A stretch of DNA of 64,000 bases from Candidatus Methanosuratincola verstraetei (GTDB taxonomy: Archaea; Thermoproteota; Methanomethylicia; Methanomethylicales; Methanomethylicaceae): NCBI GenBank assembly GCA_049570475.1, contig CP186953.1:192001-256000 (forward strand), in the 5' to 3' direction. Below are positions 1 through 10,700 of this stretch, one piece after another (positions within the stretch are counted from its first letter, which is position 1; each line of letters opens with the position of its first letter). Under the pieces are notes generated by a model. The model searched no databases, had not been told where the DNA came from, and was given only the letters and a program-made list of their open reading frames with translations. Position numbers and translations under genes: made by a program.

Positions 1-955
1 GCACATAACCAGGCTGCTGAAGATAAACCCTGTACCTTTTTTGATATTCATCGGTCTCTGCGCCAATTTCACTGGATCTGCGCTCCTGATCGGCGATCTG
101 CCGCCCCAGATGCTCCACAGCGTCTCAGGCATAGAATTTTTAGAGTTCATATGGCAGTCCGGGAGGCCTTCCTCATTCCCGATACTGATGATCACATTCG
201 CAGCCGTGCTTTGGTTCTTCAGAATCAACTTCAAGAGGCAGCTCAGGGGCAAGGCAATGGCAACGGAGGTTTTTGCCGTAATAGACCCTGAAAACGGCGG
301 GGGCGTGAGGGACAAGAGGTTCGCAGCGATAACCGTGATCAGTTTCGTTGCCACAATAGTAGCCCTTTCGCTGAGGTGGCTGATAGGCCTAGAGCTGGGC
401 GCGATTGCCGCCATCGGTGCAGCAGTTACGGTGCTGGTAATGGAAACCTATGGGAGGAAGCTTAGCCGGCCCTCGTTCGAAGAAGTCCTCACTTCGCTTG
501 ACTGGCGGTCGATCCTATTTTACATATCGCTCTTCATACTGATAGGCGGGATAAACAGGCAGGGGCTGATAATGATTGCTGCGGACGCAATCGCCCCGAT
601 CTTCGCCTCGAACACCGCCCTTGGGGTCACTTCTGTCTACTGGCTAACCGTCCCCGTGGTCGGCTTCATCGAGCATGACGCATACATACTGGCGCTGCTG
701 TACCTAGTCAAAGATTTCAGCATCCAGGCAGGGGTCTCCCCTTGGCCGTACTGGTGGGCAATACTCTGGTCCGGGACATTGGGATCGAACCTGACGGTCG
801 CAGGCGCCCCTGCGCTGCTCGTCGCGCTCAACCTCTGCGAGCGGGAGGGGTGCAAGGTTAGCGCCAAGGAGTTCTTCAGGTACAGCTTGCCCTTCGTACT
901 GATCTCGGTTTTTGTGTGCTATCTCCTAATGATGGTCTTCTGGGTCTTCCTTTGA
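1..955 (+). CDS. ArsB/NhaD (SLC13-like) ion transporter permease, 5'-truncated by window edge
   Basis: Frame is open from base 2 (HITRLLKINPVPFLIFIGLCANFTGSALLIGDLPPQM); repeated motif GTLGSNLTVAGAPA; DWRSILFYISLFILIGG; many TM helices. Confidence 0.8.
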   Translation, partial: HITRLLKINPVPFLIFIGLCANFTGSALLIGDLPPQMLHSVSGIEFLEFIWQSGRPSSFPILMITFAAVLWFFRINFKRQLRGKAMATEVFAVIDPENGGGVRDKRFAAITVISFVATIVALSLRWLIGLELGAIAAIGAAVTVLVMETYGRKLSRPSFEEVLTSLDWRSILFYISLFILIGGINRQGLIMIAADAIAPIFASNTALGVTSVYWLTVPVVGFIEHDAYILALLYLVKDFSIQAGVSPWPYWWAILWSGTLGSNLTVAGAPALLVALNLCEREGCKVSAKEFFRYSLPFVLISVFVCYLLMMVFWVFL

Positions 956-963
956 AGCAACGC

Positions 964-1626
964 CTATTGGCTGGAGAGGTCGGGCGGGCACTTGGGTGCC
1001 CGGACCCCTATCCGGCTCCCAGTCACCATGTACACGGTCTCTGCAGAGATGTAGCAGGCATGGTCTGCCATGCGCTCCACTATCCTTGCTATCAGCCCGT
1101 TCAAGAGCACGCAAGCCCCACCACCAGCATAGTCGCGGTACCTCGAGAGGACTTTCCTGTATCCGGAATCGATTTTGGCGTCCTCGTCTATCACGGAGGC
1201 TGCCCTTACAGGGTCCCTGGATAGGTAAGACTTGACGCTCTCCTGGACCATCTCCCAGCCCGACTCGAGCAGCCCCTTCACATCAGGCGCGCATGCGACC
1301 CCGGACTGGACGTCATCTATCACCTGGACGATATTGCTCAAATACCTCGATATTCTGGCCAGGTCATAAGAGATGCGCATCGCGGAGGTGACCGCCCGGA
1401 GATCCCCTGCAAAAGGCTGGTGCCTTATCAGCGCCTCGACGCAGCGATCGATTATTGCCTCCTCCTGCTCCATTACCAACTTGGTCTTATCGCAGATCTC
1501 CTTTGTCTTGCCTGCGGTTGGCTCTTTTAGGACTGAAAGCACCATCTCATATATCTCAACTATGGAATTGTACATTTCAGATATTCCATTGTTTATTTCC
1601 TTCAGATAGTCTGGTTCCTCCATCAT
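964..1626 (-). CDS. phoU: Phosphate transport regulator PhoU
   Basis: [23 protein letters not shown] motifs; last gene of pst operon. Confidence 0.9.
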   Translation of the reverse strand: MMEEPDYLKEINNGISEMYNSIVEIYEMVLSVLKEPTAGKTKEICDKTKLVMEQEEAIIDRCVEALIRHQPFAGDLRAVTSAMRISYDLARISRYLSNIVQVIDDVQSGVACAPDVKGLLESGWEMVQESVKSYLSRDPVRAASVIDEDAKIDSGYRKVLSRYRDYAGGGACVLLNGLIARIVERMADHACYISAETVYMVTGSRIGVRAPKCPPDLSSQ

Positions 1627-2375
1627 CCAAACCTCCCTGTTATGTACCTTTCAGTTATCGGGCTCTTCGGCGACTCGAAGAACTCTTTGGTATCGTTGTA
1701 CTCGATGAGTTCTCCCAAGTAAAGGAAAGCGGTCTTATCGGATATCCTCGCGGCCTGGCCTACATTATGCGTTATTATGATCACCGTGATCTCTGACTTC
1801 AGCTTCCTTATGAGATCCTCTATCCTGCTTGTTGAGGCCGGATCGAGGGCAGAAGTGGGCTCATCCATCAGGATCACCTCAGGCTCCATCGCGAGCGCCC
1901 TAGCGATGCAGAGTCGCTGCTGCTGACCCCCTGAGAGGCTCGCTCCCGACCTCCTTAGATCATCCTTGACCTCGTCATAGAGCCCTACGGACTTCAGCGT
2001 GCGCTCGACTATCGCATCCAGATCCGCCTTGCTCTTCTCCCCTGAAAGCTTGATTCCGGCAACAACGTTGTCAGATATCGACATGTTAGGGAACGGGTTT
2101 GGCTTCTGGAAGACCATGCCAATCTTGCGCCTGACATCCATAGGATCCATCCCATAAATGTCGATCCCATCCAGGAATGCCTTCCCCTCGACTCGAGCGC
2201 CAGGATTCAGTTCATGCATCCTGTTCAGGCACCTTATGAAGGTGGACTTGCCACAACCTGAGGGGCCGACCAGCGCAGTGACCTGCCTCTCTTCGAATGC
2301 GATTGAGATGTCTTTTAGTACCTGCTTCTTCCCGAACCAGGCACTCAGTCTTTCGGTTACGAGTTTTGTTGCCAA
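1623..2375 (-). CDS. pstB: Phosphate ABC transporter ATPase
   Basis: [49 protein letters not shown]. Confidence 0.97.
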   Translation of the reverse strand: MATKLVTERLSAWFGKKQVLKDISIAFEERQVTALVGPSGCGKSTFIRCLNRMHELNPGARVEGKAFLDGIDIYGMDPMDVRRKIGMVFQKPNPFPNMSISDNVVAGIKLSGEKSKADLDAIVERTLKSVGLYDEVKDDLRRSGASLSGGQQQRLCIARALAMEPEVILMDEPTSALDPASTSRIEDLIRKLKSEITVIIITHNVGQAARISDKTAFLYLGELIEYNDTKEFFESPKSPITERYITGRFG

Positions 2376-2378
2376 TTA

Positions 2379-3218
2379 TCAGGCACCTCCGTATTTCTTT
2401 CTTCCAAGATATCTAACTGCAACGTTTATGGTTATTACCAGAAGGACGAGAAGGAGCGAAGCGCCCCATGCCTTCGCTACCCAGTCGGCGAAGCCGCTTA
2501 TTGCGTAATTGTAGATAAGCACCTGCAGAGTCGCCATCGGCTGGTCTATCCCAGTTGGCCAGTAGAAGCTGAATAGTGCGGTGAAGAGCAGCGGTGCGGT
2601 CTCGCCGCTGATCCTGGCAAAGGCAAGCAAAGATCCTGAGATGACCCCTCCCTTTGCCATGCTCAGGACTATCCTTGTGGTTATGTTGTACTTTGGGATG
2701 CCCAGCGCCATCCCAGCCTCCCTCAGGTCGTCGGAAACCACCCTCATAGACTCTTCAGTAGCCTTGGCCACAAGAGGTATCATCATTATGCCTAGGGCCA
2801 AGGTTGCCGCGACCCCAGTGTAGTGCCGGAATGAAAGGACTATCAAGGTGAAGGCGAAGAGTCCGATGACTAACGAGGGGACCCCCGAGAGCGACTCGAC
2901 AATCGTCCTGACTGCAGATCCCATCCTGCTATCATGAGCGTACTCAGCGAGATATATCCCCGTGAGGATTCCGAGAGGGATGCCCAACCCGCTCGCAAAG
3001 AGGTTGATGATGAGCGTTCCAAGTATAGCGTTTCCTATGCCTCCCCCCGAGGAACCGAATGGGGCAGGCAGGGAGGTCAGGAACTCAAGGCTCATCACCG
3101 AGATCCCGTTCCAGACGATGCTCCCGATTATCCAGAACAGGGGGACCACTGCCGCCCCAGTAAGAGCGACGAGGGCAGCAATGATCAGTTTTTCTTTCGT
3201 GCGCCTCGAAACTATCAT
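2379..3218 (-). CDS. pstA: Phosphate ABC transporter permease
   Basis: GGIGNAILGT, GIYLAEY, GVPSLVIGLF, ARISGETAPLLFT. Confidence 0.95.
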   Translation of the reverse strand: MIVSRRTKEKLIIAALVALTGAAVVPLFWIIGSIVWNGISVMSLEFLTSLPAPFGSSGGGIGNAILGTLIINLFASGLGIPLGILTGIYLAEYAHDSRMGSAVRTIVESLSGVPSLVIGLFAFTLIVLSFRHYTGVAATLALGIMMIPLVAKATEESMRVVSDDLREAGMALGIPKYNITTRIVLSMAKGGVISGSLLAFARISGETAPLLFTALFSFYWPTGIDQPMATLQVLIYNYAISGFADWVAKAWGASLLLVLLVITINVAVRYLGRKKYGGA

Positions 3219-4147
3219 CCGGACGCATTCCTCCTTGAAATGCGAGTTATCACAAGCCTGGCTGAAGAATTGACCAAAAGCGTAATGACCAAAAGGATCA
3301 GCCCCAGCTCAACGAGCGAAGAGACATGCAATACGTCTACTGCCTCGTATAGCTCGCTCGCAATTTTGCTAGTTATCGTCGAAGCAGGCGAGAAGAGGGA
3401 GATGGAAGAGAAAGGCCAAATGAAACTATTCCCTATCACCATTGTTACCGCCATCGTCTCGCCTAGCGCCCGACCAAGCGCAAGTATGATCGAAGCAAAT
3501 ATCCCTAGCTTCGAGAATGGCAAAGCGACATGCCTCACCACTTCCCACCTCGTGGCACCCAGCGAGATCATGGCTTCCCTTAGCTCGACCGGGGTCGAAG
3601 AGAGTAGCGAGATAGTCAAGGAGGATATGATTGGGACAATCATGAAGGTAAGGACAAGGGAGGCCAAGAAGAGGCTCAGCCCATATGCCGGACCGGAGAA
3701 CAGGGGTATGAAACCTATAGATCCGACTATAGGGTCCTGCACATAAGTCTTGACTAAAGGTGCGACTATCCATAAGCCCCATATCCCGAATATTACGCTT
3801 GGGATGGTTGCAAGCATGTCGATCACTATGGAAAGGGCCGCCCTGACCCTCCTAGGCGCATACTCTGTGAAGAATACGGACATCCCAAGGCTTATCGGCA
3901 CCGCCGAAGCAACGGCGATCGCGGATGAGGCCAATGTCCCCAGTATGGCAGGGATCCCTCCATATATCCCAGAGTTCACATCCCAAGTGCTTCCGAATAT
4001 CATCAGAGGATCATTGGCCATAGACGGATAAGATCTGACCGCAAGCATCACGAATATCATTACAAAAAAAGCAACGACTATGAGCGAGCTTCCGCCCACC
4101 AAATACTTAAAAGCCGAATCTTTAAAAAAAATGGATTTTTTGTTCAA
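3215..4147 (-). CDS. pstC: Phosphate ABC transporter permease
   Basis: IPSVIFGIWG, LGATRWE, GRALGETMAVTMVIGN. Confidence 0.95.
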   Translation of the reverse strand: MNKKSIFFKDSAFKYLVGGSSLIVVAFFVMIFVMLAVRSYPSMANDPLMIFGSTWDVNSGIYGGIPAILGTLASSAIAVASAVPISLGMSVFFTEYAPRRVRAALSIVIDMLATIPSVIFGIWGLWIVAPLVKTYVQDPIVGSIGFIPLFSGPAYGLSLFLASLVLTFMIVPIISSLTISLLSSTPVELREAMISLGATRWEVVRHVALPFSKLGIFASIILALGRALGETMAVTMVIGNSFIWPFSSISLFSPASTITSKIASELYEAVDVLHVSSLVELGLILLVITLLVNSSARLVITRISRRNASG

Positions 4148-4160
4148 TTTTACCGCCTGC

Positions 4161-5243
4161 TCAAAGCAAAGGCCTTCCGTTGTAAGTGAGTTGCTTGAGG
4201 TTAGCCTCGGCTACTGTCACAACGCTGCTTGGCAGTCTCGGGTATAGCAAAGATTCGGAGTAGGACTGCCCATCGTGGATGATCCACCACAGGAAGTTTG
4301 CCACTGCCTTGGCTTTGGCTTCGGGCATGTAGGAAAGATCCTTGTATACCAGAATGTACGTGAACACAGATATTGGGTAAACGCCATCTCCGGGCATGTT
4401 GACCACAGAAGCCCTCACATCAGACGACAGCAATGGCGCCGCCGCTCCTAGAGCTCTGGATATTGAAGTCAAAGTGGGCTCAACGAATTGCCCGTTCCTG
4501 TTCATTACCTTGGCATATGGGATCGAGTTGTTCTTCGCGTAGAAGAATTCCAGATAGCCAACGCCCCCAGGCGTCTGCTGCAGCGTGCTCGCGACTCCGC
4601 TGTTGCCCGATGCGCCTATCCCGACAGGCCAATTTACAGTCGTGCCCGAACCAAGGATCCAAACTGAGCTCGCGTTTTTGAGGTAACTCGTGAAGCCGTT
4701 CGTCGTGCCGCTCGAGTCTGATCTCCTGATAACCACTATGTTCAAGTCAGGCAATGTAAGAGCCGGGTTTATTGCTGCGATCTCAGGGGCATTCCACTTG
4801 GTAATGTTCCCCTGGAATATTTTCGCTATGACGTCTGCAGTGAGGTTCATTCCAGATCCGATGTTGGGTATGTTATATGCAACTACGATTCCCCCGCCCG
4901 TCTCTGGGATGTGCAGTATCCCGGGATTTTGTTCCATCTGCGAGTCTTTTAATGGCGCATCTGATCCTGCAAAGTCAAATGTCTTGGCAAACAGGCCGTT
5001 CTGACCCGCGCCGCTCCCGACAGACTGGTAAGTTATCTGCACGGCGGGGCGCAGCTTGTTGTATTCAGAGACCCACTTGGATATCAAAGGGTAGGGAAAT
5101 GAGGCTCCCCCAGCAGTTATTGTTGCCGGCTGCTCAGCCCCCATGGACTGGGTGTAGTATATCAGGCCCGCCGCAACCAGCACCACAGCGACTATTCCTA
5201 TCCCCAAGATTTTAGAGATGCCTTTACTGTCACTTAAGAACAT
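4161..5243 (-). CDS. pstS: Phosphate-binding protein, membrane-anchored
   Basis: GGASFPYP, GSGAG, DFAGSDAP, RSDSSGTT; N-terminal TM anchor; ATG at 5243 preferred over the track start 5294, which lies in the AT-rich promoter. Confidence 0.95.
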   Translation of the reverse strand: MFLSDSKGISKILGIGIVAVVLVAAGLIYYTQSMGAEQPATITAGGASFPYPLISKWVSEYNKLRPAVQITYQSVGSGAGQNGLFAKTFDFAGSDAPLKDSQMEQNPGILHIPETGGGIVVAYNIPNIGSGMNLTADVIAKIFQGNITKWNAPEIAAINPALTLPDLNIVVIRRSDSSGTTNGFTSYLKNASSVWILGSGTTVNWPVGIGASGNSGVASTLQQTPGGVGYLEFFYAKNNSIPYAKVMNRNGQFVEPTLTSISRALGAAAPLLSSDVRASVVNMPGDGVYPISVFTYILVYKDLSYMPEAKAKAVANFLWWIIHDGQSYSESLLYPRLPSSVVTVAEANLKQLTYNGRPLL

Positions 5244-5505
5244 ATTTTTCCCCTTCGGTAATGACTTCAGTTTTGATATATATAGAATATGCATATTTTG
5301 TATTTATTCCAGAATATAGGAAATAAAATATATTTTTGTAAATATAAAATATACAAATCTTTGAGGATTCTGGCAACCCATAGACCACATGAAAGGGAGC
5401 CGCGCCGCCCCCTCATCAAATTGCTGTTAAACATAAATACAATAATATATATGCCGGGCAAAAATATATATAACAATTTTCAATATATATTAGTATAAAT
5501 GGGAT
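5244..5505. promoter_or_regulatory. Divergent AT-rich promoter region of pstS and the AbrB-PhoU regulator
   Basis: Very AT-rich, with repeated AATATATA/TATATATT tracts between divergent phosphate genes. Confidence 0.6.
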
Positions 5506-6564
5506 ATGGGTGTAAGGAACATGGGAATGCGCAGAGTGCAGAAGGTTGGGAAGTCCACTTTCACCGTCTCGCTCCCACATGAATGGGTCAAGAAGAACAA
5601 TATTTCGCCCAAGACAGAGGTCAATGTTGTCGCATTACCAAACGGAAGCCTAAAGATCTCAACAGTAGAAGGCGGGAAGGAAGAGAAGAGATCAAAGGAG
5701 ATACTCATCGAGGCAAGGGATCCCGATGCCGGAGATCTGATCAGGAAGACTTTGGCTGCATACATCGCCAACTACGACGTGATAAGGCTAGACCTCTCGA
5801 AAGTGAGTTTCGAGCCTTATGCCAGGGACAAAATCCGCAAAATGATCAAGTTCAAGATGGCAGGCGCAGAGATTATTGAAGAGACCTCGGACAGGATGAC
5901 AATACAAATCCTCCTCAGACCGTACGAGTTCCCCCTAGACAGGTTGTTTTTGAGGATGGCCACGATGGCAAGAGACATGATTGCGGACGTCATAAAGGCA
6001 GAGAAGGGGGGCGACCAGAATTTCCGGAGAAACATGCTAACAGACATAATCGAAAGGGACGAGGACGTGGATAAGTTGTATTTCATGGGCAGCAGATGGC
6101 TTTCAAACATAATGGAGGACCAGGGCGCGCTGAAGGACTATGGCCTGAACGACATAAAGGCTGCCCTGGACTACAGGATCGCATTCAGGAATGTTGAAAG
6201 GGTCTCTGACCATACGATAAGGATCGCGTCGAAACTCTTGGAGGCTCCTGAAATCGAAAGGAGCATATCCGACGCCATGATGCAATCCCTCAGTGAGGCA
6301 GGCGAGATCTTCATTAGATCTGCGAACTCGTTTAAGAACGGCAGCATACAGGAGGCGAGCAGAGTCATCCACGAAGCCAGGAAATTGGCAGCGAAGGAGG
6401 AGGATTTCATGAGGCGGCTCATAGAAGGGGGGCTCCCGACCAAGGCGGCTGCATCGGTGATAATAGCAATGGACAGCATAAGGAGGATCTCTGAGTATGG
6501 CGTCGGGATCTCCGAGCTCACATTCAACATGTACATCCACAGGGACTCTGCAAAAGCGGATTAG
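5506..6564 (+). CDS. Archaeal phosphate uptake regulator (AbrB/MazE-like DNA-binding domain plus two PhoU domains)
   Basis: RRVQKVGKSTFTVSLPHEWV N-terminus; ERDEDVDKLYF; ERVSDH; divergent from pstSCAB. Confidence 0.9.
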   Translation: MGVRNMGMRRVQKVGKSTFTVSLPHEWVKKNNISPKTEVNVVALPNGSLKISTVEGGKEEKRSKEILIEARDPDAGDLIRKTLAAYIANYDVIRLDLSKVSFEPYARDKIRKMIKFKMAGAEIIEETSDRMTIQILLRPYEFPLDRLFLRMATMARDMIADVIKAEKGGDQNFRRNMLTDIIERDEDVDKLYFMGSRWLSNIMEDQGALKDYGLNDIKAALDYRIAFRNVERVSDHTIRIASKLLEAPEIERSISDAMMQSLSEAGEIFIRSANSFKNGSIQEASRVIHEARKLAAKEEDFMRRLIEGGLPTKAAASVIIAMDSIRRISEYGVGISELTFNMYIHRDSAKAD

Positions 6565-6575
6565 CCAACCGACAT

Positions 6576-7193
6576 TCAAATTATTTTCATTACCGCATCC
6601 AGCCCCTTTCTCCTCGGCCTAGGCCTCACTTCGGACTTAGGGTACCCGAGCCCCACCACGGCTGAGAGCCGAAGCTCTGGATCATTCACTCCTAGCAGCC
6701 TTTTTAGTTCTCCCTCAAGGAGTAGCGGCACCCCAAACCAGCAAGATCCGATGCCCAGGCCACAAGCTGCGAGCATCATGTTCTCAATAGCTGCGGCACA
6801 GCTCTGGTGGGCCCAGATCTCCTCAATGCGAGGATCGTTGTAAACCCTCTCCCTTAGGTCAGCGAAAACAGCCACATAAAGGGGCGCGAGATAGTACTCG
6901 CTGCCGGATCCAGCCACCCAAGACTCGAACTTCTCATCACTCCACGCCTTCTTCATTAGCTTGGTGAAATATTCCCGGTGCGCCTCGAGCAGGAGCTTAT
7001 GGAGGCGAATTCGCGCCTCACCGGACTCGACTACAACAAAATGCCAAGCCTCTGCCCCGCCTGCAGTCGGCGCCCTGATGGCAGCCTCCAAGATCAATTT
7101 CCTTGAAGACTCATCAATTGGGGTTTCTTTGAAGAGCCTCACCGAGCTGCGCTGCCTCAATACCTCCAAGAGATCAGCCAATCCGCTCACCAA
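6576..7193 (-). CDS. Nitroreductase family flavoprotein
   Basis: RSSVRLF, APTAGGAEAWHF, AAAIENMMLAACGLGIGSCW, GLGYP. Confidence 0.9.
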   Translation of the reverse strand: MVSGLADLLEVLRQRSSVRLFKETPIDESSRKLILEAAIRAPTAGGAEAWHFVVVESGEARIRLHKLLLEAHREYFTKLMKKAWSDEKFESWVAGSGSEYYLAPLYVAVFADLRERVYNDPRIEEIWAHQSCAAAIENMMLAACGLGIGSCWFGVPLLLEGELKRLLGVNDPELRLSAVVGLGYPKSEVRPRPRRKGLDAVMKII

Positions 7194-7238
7194 TTAAAAA
7201 AAGAGTGGGACGGCAAAAAAAACGTTGCCTCGGCTAGG

Positions 7239-8387
7239 CTACCGATCAAAAGCCTTCTCTATCCTGTCCATCGCCTCGCCCAGGCGCTCAACCGGGACGG
7301 TGTAAGCAAGCCTCAGGTGCCCCCTGCCTGCAGCCCCGAAAGTGGACCCAGGGACTGCCGCCACCCTTGCCTCAACAAGCAGCTTCTCGGAGATCTTCAG
7401 GTCATCCCCAACAAAGGGGAATATATAGAATGCACCGCCCGGCTTCACCACGCTGAAACCCGGGATTTGCTTCAGCCGGCGGTAGATGTAGTCCCTCCTC
7501 CGCATGTATTCCGATCGCATCTGGCTTACTGCAGCCTGGCTCCTAGGATCTGAAAGGGCACGGGCGGCCGCATATTGTGCGAAAGAAGTGGGGCATGCAG
7601 ACAGGTACATCTGGAACTTCACCATCCTCGCGATCAAATCCTCTGGGCCTGCAGCATACCCGATCCTCCACCCAGTCATCGCATAAGTCTTCGACAGGCT
7701 GCCCACAGTGATAAACCTCCCAGGCTCGGATGCGACAGAGGCAGGGCTTACATGGCGGATGCCGTCGTAGACCAGCGACTCGTAGACCTCGTCGGACACT
7801 ACCGCCAAGCCGTGATCCTCAGCGAACTCAACGGCTGCCCTCACATCTTTCTCAGTGAGAACCGCCCCCGTGGGGTTGTTTGGAGAGTTGAGCACGATCG
7901 CGCGGGTCCTCTCTGTCAGATGCCTTTGCAGGTCATCAGCAGTCAAGACAAATCCGTTTTCCATCTTCAGCGGGACTTCGACGGGAACGCCGCCAGCCAA
8001 CCGGACGGTCGCGCTGTATGTCACGAAGTGGGGCGATGGGATCAATACCTCGTCCCCCTCCTTAAGGAATGATGCCCATATGAGGAGGAATGCCTGGTTG
8101 CCCCCCGTGGTGACGATTATCTCCTTGTCAGGGTCGGCAAAGATAGAGTTCTCTTTTTTGAGCTTTTCAGATATCGCGTCCCTAAGCTCCTTGAGCCCAT
8201 TGTTTGGCGTGTAGTGTGTTATTCCCCTGTCCAGGGCCTCCTTTGCATATTCTTTTATGTGCGCAGGCGTGTCGAAATCAGGCTCTCCTATCCCAAGAGA
8301 GATGACGTCGGCGTATTTGCTAGAGAGTTCAAAAAGGCGCCTAATCCCCGAGGCGGGTATCTCTTCTAGACGGTCGTGTAGCGACAT
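7239..8387 (-). CDS. PLP-dependent class I/II (aspartate/aromatic) aminotransferase
   Basis: LGIGEPDFDTP, NSPNNPTG, SDEVY, SLSKTYAMTGWRIG; alternative upstream start 8411. Confidence 0.93.
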   Translation of the reverse strand: MSLHDRLEEIPASGIRRLFELSSKYADVISLGIGEPDFDTPAHIKEYAKEALDRGITHYTPNNGLKELRDAISEKLKKENSIFADPDKEIIVTTGGNQAFLLIWASFLKEGDEVLIPSPHFVTYSATVRLAGGVPVEVPLKMENGFVLTADDLQRHLTERTRAIVLNSPNNPTGAVLTEKDVRAAVEFAEDHGLAVVSDEVYESLVYDGIRHVSPASVASEPGRFITVGSLSKTYAMTGWRIGYAAGPEDLIARMVKFQMYLSACPTSFAQYAAARALSDPRSQAAVSQMRSEYMRRRDYIYRRLKQIPGFSVVKPGGAFYIFPFVGDDLKISEKLLVEARVAAVPGSTFGAAGRGHLRLAYTVPVERLGEAMDRIEKAFDR

Positions 8388-8436
8388 TCTAATCAACAGG
8401 AGGTAGTCCATGGGATTTAAAAGGGTTTATGCCAGA

Positions 8437-9585
8437 TCACTGGAAGAGGTACTCTTCGGAACCCCTCCTTATCAGGACGGCGTTCTTACCGTTCGATCTC
8501 TCGCACCTGCCGATAACATGGGCGCCCACCTTGAACTTCTCGGCCGATCGTATCACTTCTTCTTCTTGCCCCTTGCCTACTACGACTTCCATCCCTATCC
8601 CCATGTTGTAGTTGCGGCACATCTCCCTTGGCGACTCGCCGCTCTCCTTGCCGATCAGCCTGAAAATAGGATCCGGATCTGGGAGGCTGTCCTTGATGTA
8701 GAGTATATCCTTACCGATCCTGAGGGACTTTGTAAGGCCGCCCCCGGTGTTATGGACTAACGCCTTGACAGGCACACGCTTGAGCATATCGATCACAATC
8801 GGGAGGAATATCCTCGTAGGGGAGAGCAATGCCTCGCCCACGGTCATCCCGAGGTCGGGCAGATCGTCGTCGATCCAGTATCTGCCGTAGTATCCCCTGG
8901 AGCCCTCTTGACCGATCTCAGGGTATTTCTTGAAGTAGTCGCTCCTGAGCAGAGAATGCCTGGCAAGAGAGATCCCGTTGCACATGATCCCGCTGTTCTC
9001 CCTCTCCTCGTAACTGCATCGTCCGCCGCTCACTATCCCCACAATCACGTCGCCAGGAGAAATATCATTGCCAGTTATCATATTCTCAAGTTTAACCCGC
9101 CCGAAGACTGTGCCGGAGACGTCCAGAGTCCTTATTATGTCCGGGAGGTCGGCCGTCTCCCCGCCGCAGAAGAGAACCCTGCAGCCCAGACGACCCAAGG
9201 TTCCGAATGTCCTTGAGAACCCAGAGGCGAGCGATGAGAGCAGGGATTCCCTCTCGAGCCGGATCGTGTTCAGCGCGACATAATCCGAGAATGCTACGGG
9301 CACCCCCCCAACGCAAACAACATCGTCGAGATTCATCGCCAGAACGTCCTGAGCGAGCCCAGAGAACCAGCTGTAATCGCCGGTCTCTCTGGAATAGATG
9401 TAAGATATTATTGGCTTGCTGCCAGCCCCGTCCTCATGGAGAATCAGGCCCGACTTCGGATCGTCCGGGTCTCGTACAACGCTGCAGAACGAGTCTGGGA
9501 AGAGGTCATGCGTCACTCCCTTTATCGATGAGATTCCCTTCTTGTCGACATCCACTCCAAGTTCAGAGTACTTCGATCCGGGCAA
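8437..9585 (-). CDS. purM: Phosphoribosylformylglycinamidine cyclo-ligase (AIR synthase)
   Basis: YSELGVD, DGAGSK, AMNLDD, GGETA, ALLSPTRI, HNTGGG, YNMGIGM. Confidence 0.9.
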   Translation of the reverse strand: MPGSKYSELGVDVDKKGISSIKGVTHDLFPDSFCSVVRDPDDPKSGLILHEDGAGSKPIISYIYSRETGDYSWFSGLAQDVLAMNLDDVVCVGGVPVAFSDYVALNTIRLERESLLSSLASGFSRTFGTLGRLGCRVLFCGGETADLPDIIRTLDVSGTVFGRVKLENMITGNDISPGDVIVGIVSGGRCSYEERENSGIMCNGISLARHSLLRSDYFKKYPEIGQEGSRGYYGRYWIDDDLPDLGMTVGEALLSPTRIFLPIVIDMLKRVPVKALVHNTGGGLTKSLRIGKDILYIKDSLPDPDPIFRLIGKESGESPREMCRNYNMGIGMEVVVGKGQEEEVIRSAEKFKVGAHVIGRCERSNGKNAVLIRRGSEEYLFQ

Positions 9586-9683
9586 GCTAGATCATCACCC
9601 ATCAAGGGGGCAATCCACACTCATAAACGTTCTCAGCGACCCCACCTTTTTATAGTTTGAAGTAGGATGTTTTTACGTGAAAC

Positions 9684-9977
9684 TTGATGAGCGAAGAACT
9701 CAAGGAGCGCCTCGAGGAGCTTGTCTTCAAGTGGGTGAAGAGGCAGCTTGAGGACGGGAACTGCAGGATGAACCTCAGGATTGAGATCGACACCCCAATC
9801 GAACTGAAGGGCATGAAGGGGAGGATCCGCGGCGACATACTGCTTGGCGGGGTTCAGACGGACGAGCCAGCCAAGACGGATCCAGGAGCTGAGCCGCAGG
9901 ACTGCAAGAAGGATGTGGCAGAAGCTGAGATGAGCCTACAGGAAGTCGAAAAACTCCTCAGATCCCTCGGGGTGTGA
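9684..9977 (+). CDS. Hypothetical protein
   Basis: Fills the gap between purM and the next gene; coding-like codon usage; no recognised motif. Confidence 0.6.
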   Translation: MMSEELKERLEELVFKWVKRQLEDGNCRMNLRIEIDTPIELKGMKGRIRGDILLGGVQTDEPAKTDPGAEPQDCKKDVAEAEMSLQEVEKLLRSLGV

Positions 9978-10015
9978 TGATTATCGTGCAGGCGGGGTCT
10001 TGAAAAAATTAAAAA

Positions 10016-10600
10016 TCATGGCTTCTTTATCCTGAAGACCAGGCTGAGGTTCGATACGTACTTGAATTCGGGCTTCATGCCAAGCGTGGACTCTAGGGAA
10101 GCCTCAACGTAGTTCTTAACAAATAGGGACCATTTTTCCCCCATATTGTGGGACGCCCTTATTTCCAGATAGTCCTCGTCTTCAACCTCGTAGCAGGTAG
10201 TCCAGTTCGAATAGCCGCAGAGGAACATTAAGAAGAATTGCTTGAATGCGCTGACTGACAGCTCTCCGAAGAGCAGGAGCATTATCTCTTTAGAGGTTGC
10301 AGATCCCATTTTGCGCCCTATCTTAGCCACAGACTCTTCGTCAAGCGCATTGATTATCTCTATAAGGTCGTTCCTTGGGAGGGTGACCACTCCCATCTGC
10401 TCGACCTTTGCGCCTATCCTCACATATTTCCTCAAAATCCTGCAGGTCAGGCCATTCACAGTTGCGCCTTGCTTTTTTGCCTCTTCCTCCAGCCCCCGCA
10501 TGACATCAGCATCAAGGCGGAATGTCCTGGGGGCAGACTGCCCTTCTTCGCCCATTTGTCGCTCGCCTTTTTGACTGTAGTTCCTCTGCCAATTTAACAT
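10016..10600 (-). CDS. Putative ribbon-helix-helix transcription factor with C-terminal ligand-binding-like domain
   Basis: RTFRLDADVMRGLEEEAKKQGATVNGLTCRILRKY fits an RHH pattern; HNMGEKWS C-terminal motif typical of a TACK archaeal family; likely start 10555. Confidence 0.65.
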   Translation of the reverse strand: MLNWQRNYSQKGERQMGEEGQSAPRTFRLDADVMRGLEEEAKKQGATVNGLTCRILRKYVRIGAKVEQMGVVTLPRNDLIEIINALDEESVAKIGRKMGSATSKEIMLLLFGELSVSAFKQFFLMFLCGYSNWTTCYEVEDEDYLEIRASHNMGEKWSLFVKNYVEASLESTLGMKPEFKYVSNLSLVFRIKKP

Positions 10601-10700
10601 TATTCATTGCCTCCCAAATCAAGGAAGACTTTGCAAACACTGTTGGCGGAAGTTGCACGGTTCTAAAGCCGAAGCCGCCGCCCAAAATGGGAAGCATAAA

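Noticed and set aside
5361-5420. Box C/D sRNA on the minus strand (TGATGA...CAGA)
   Set aside because: No convincing D, D' or C' boxes
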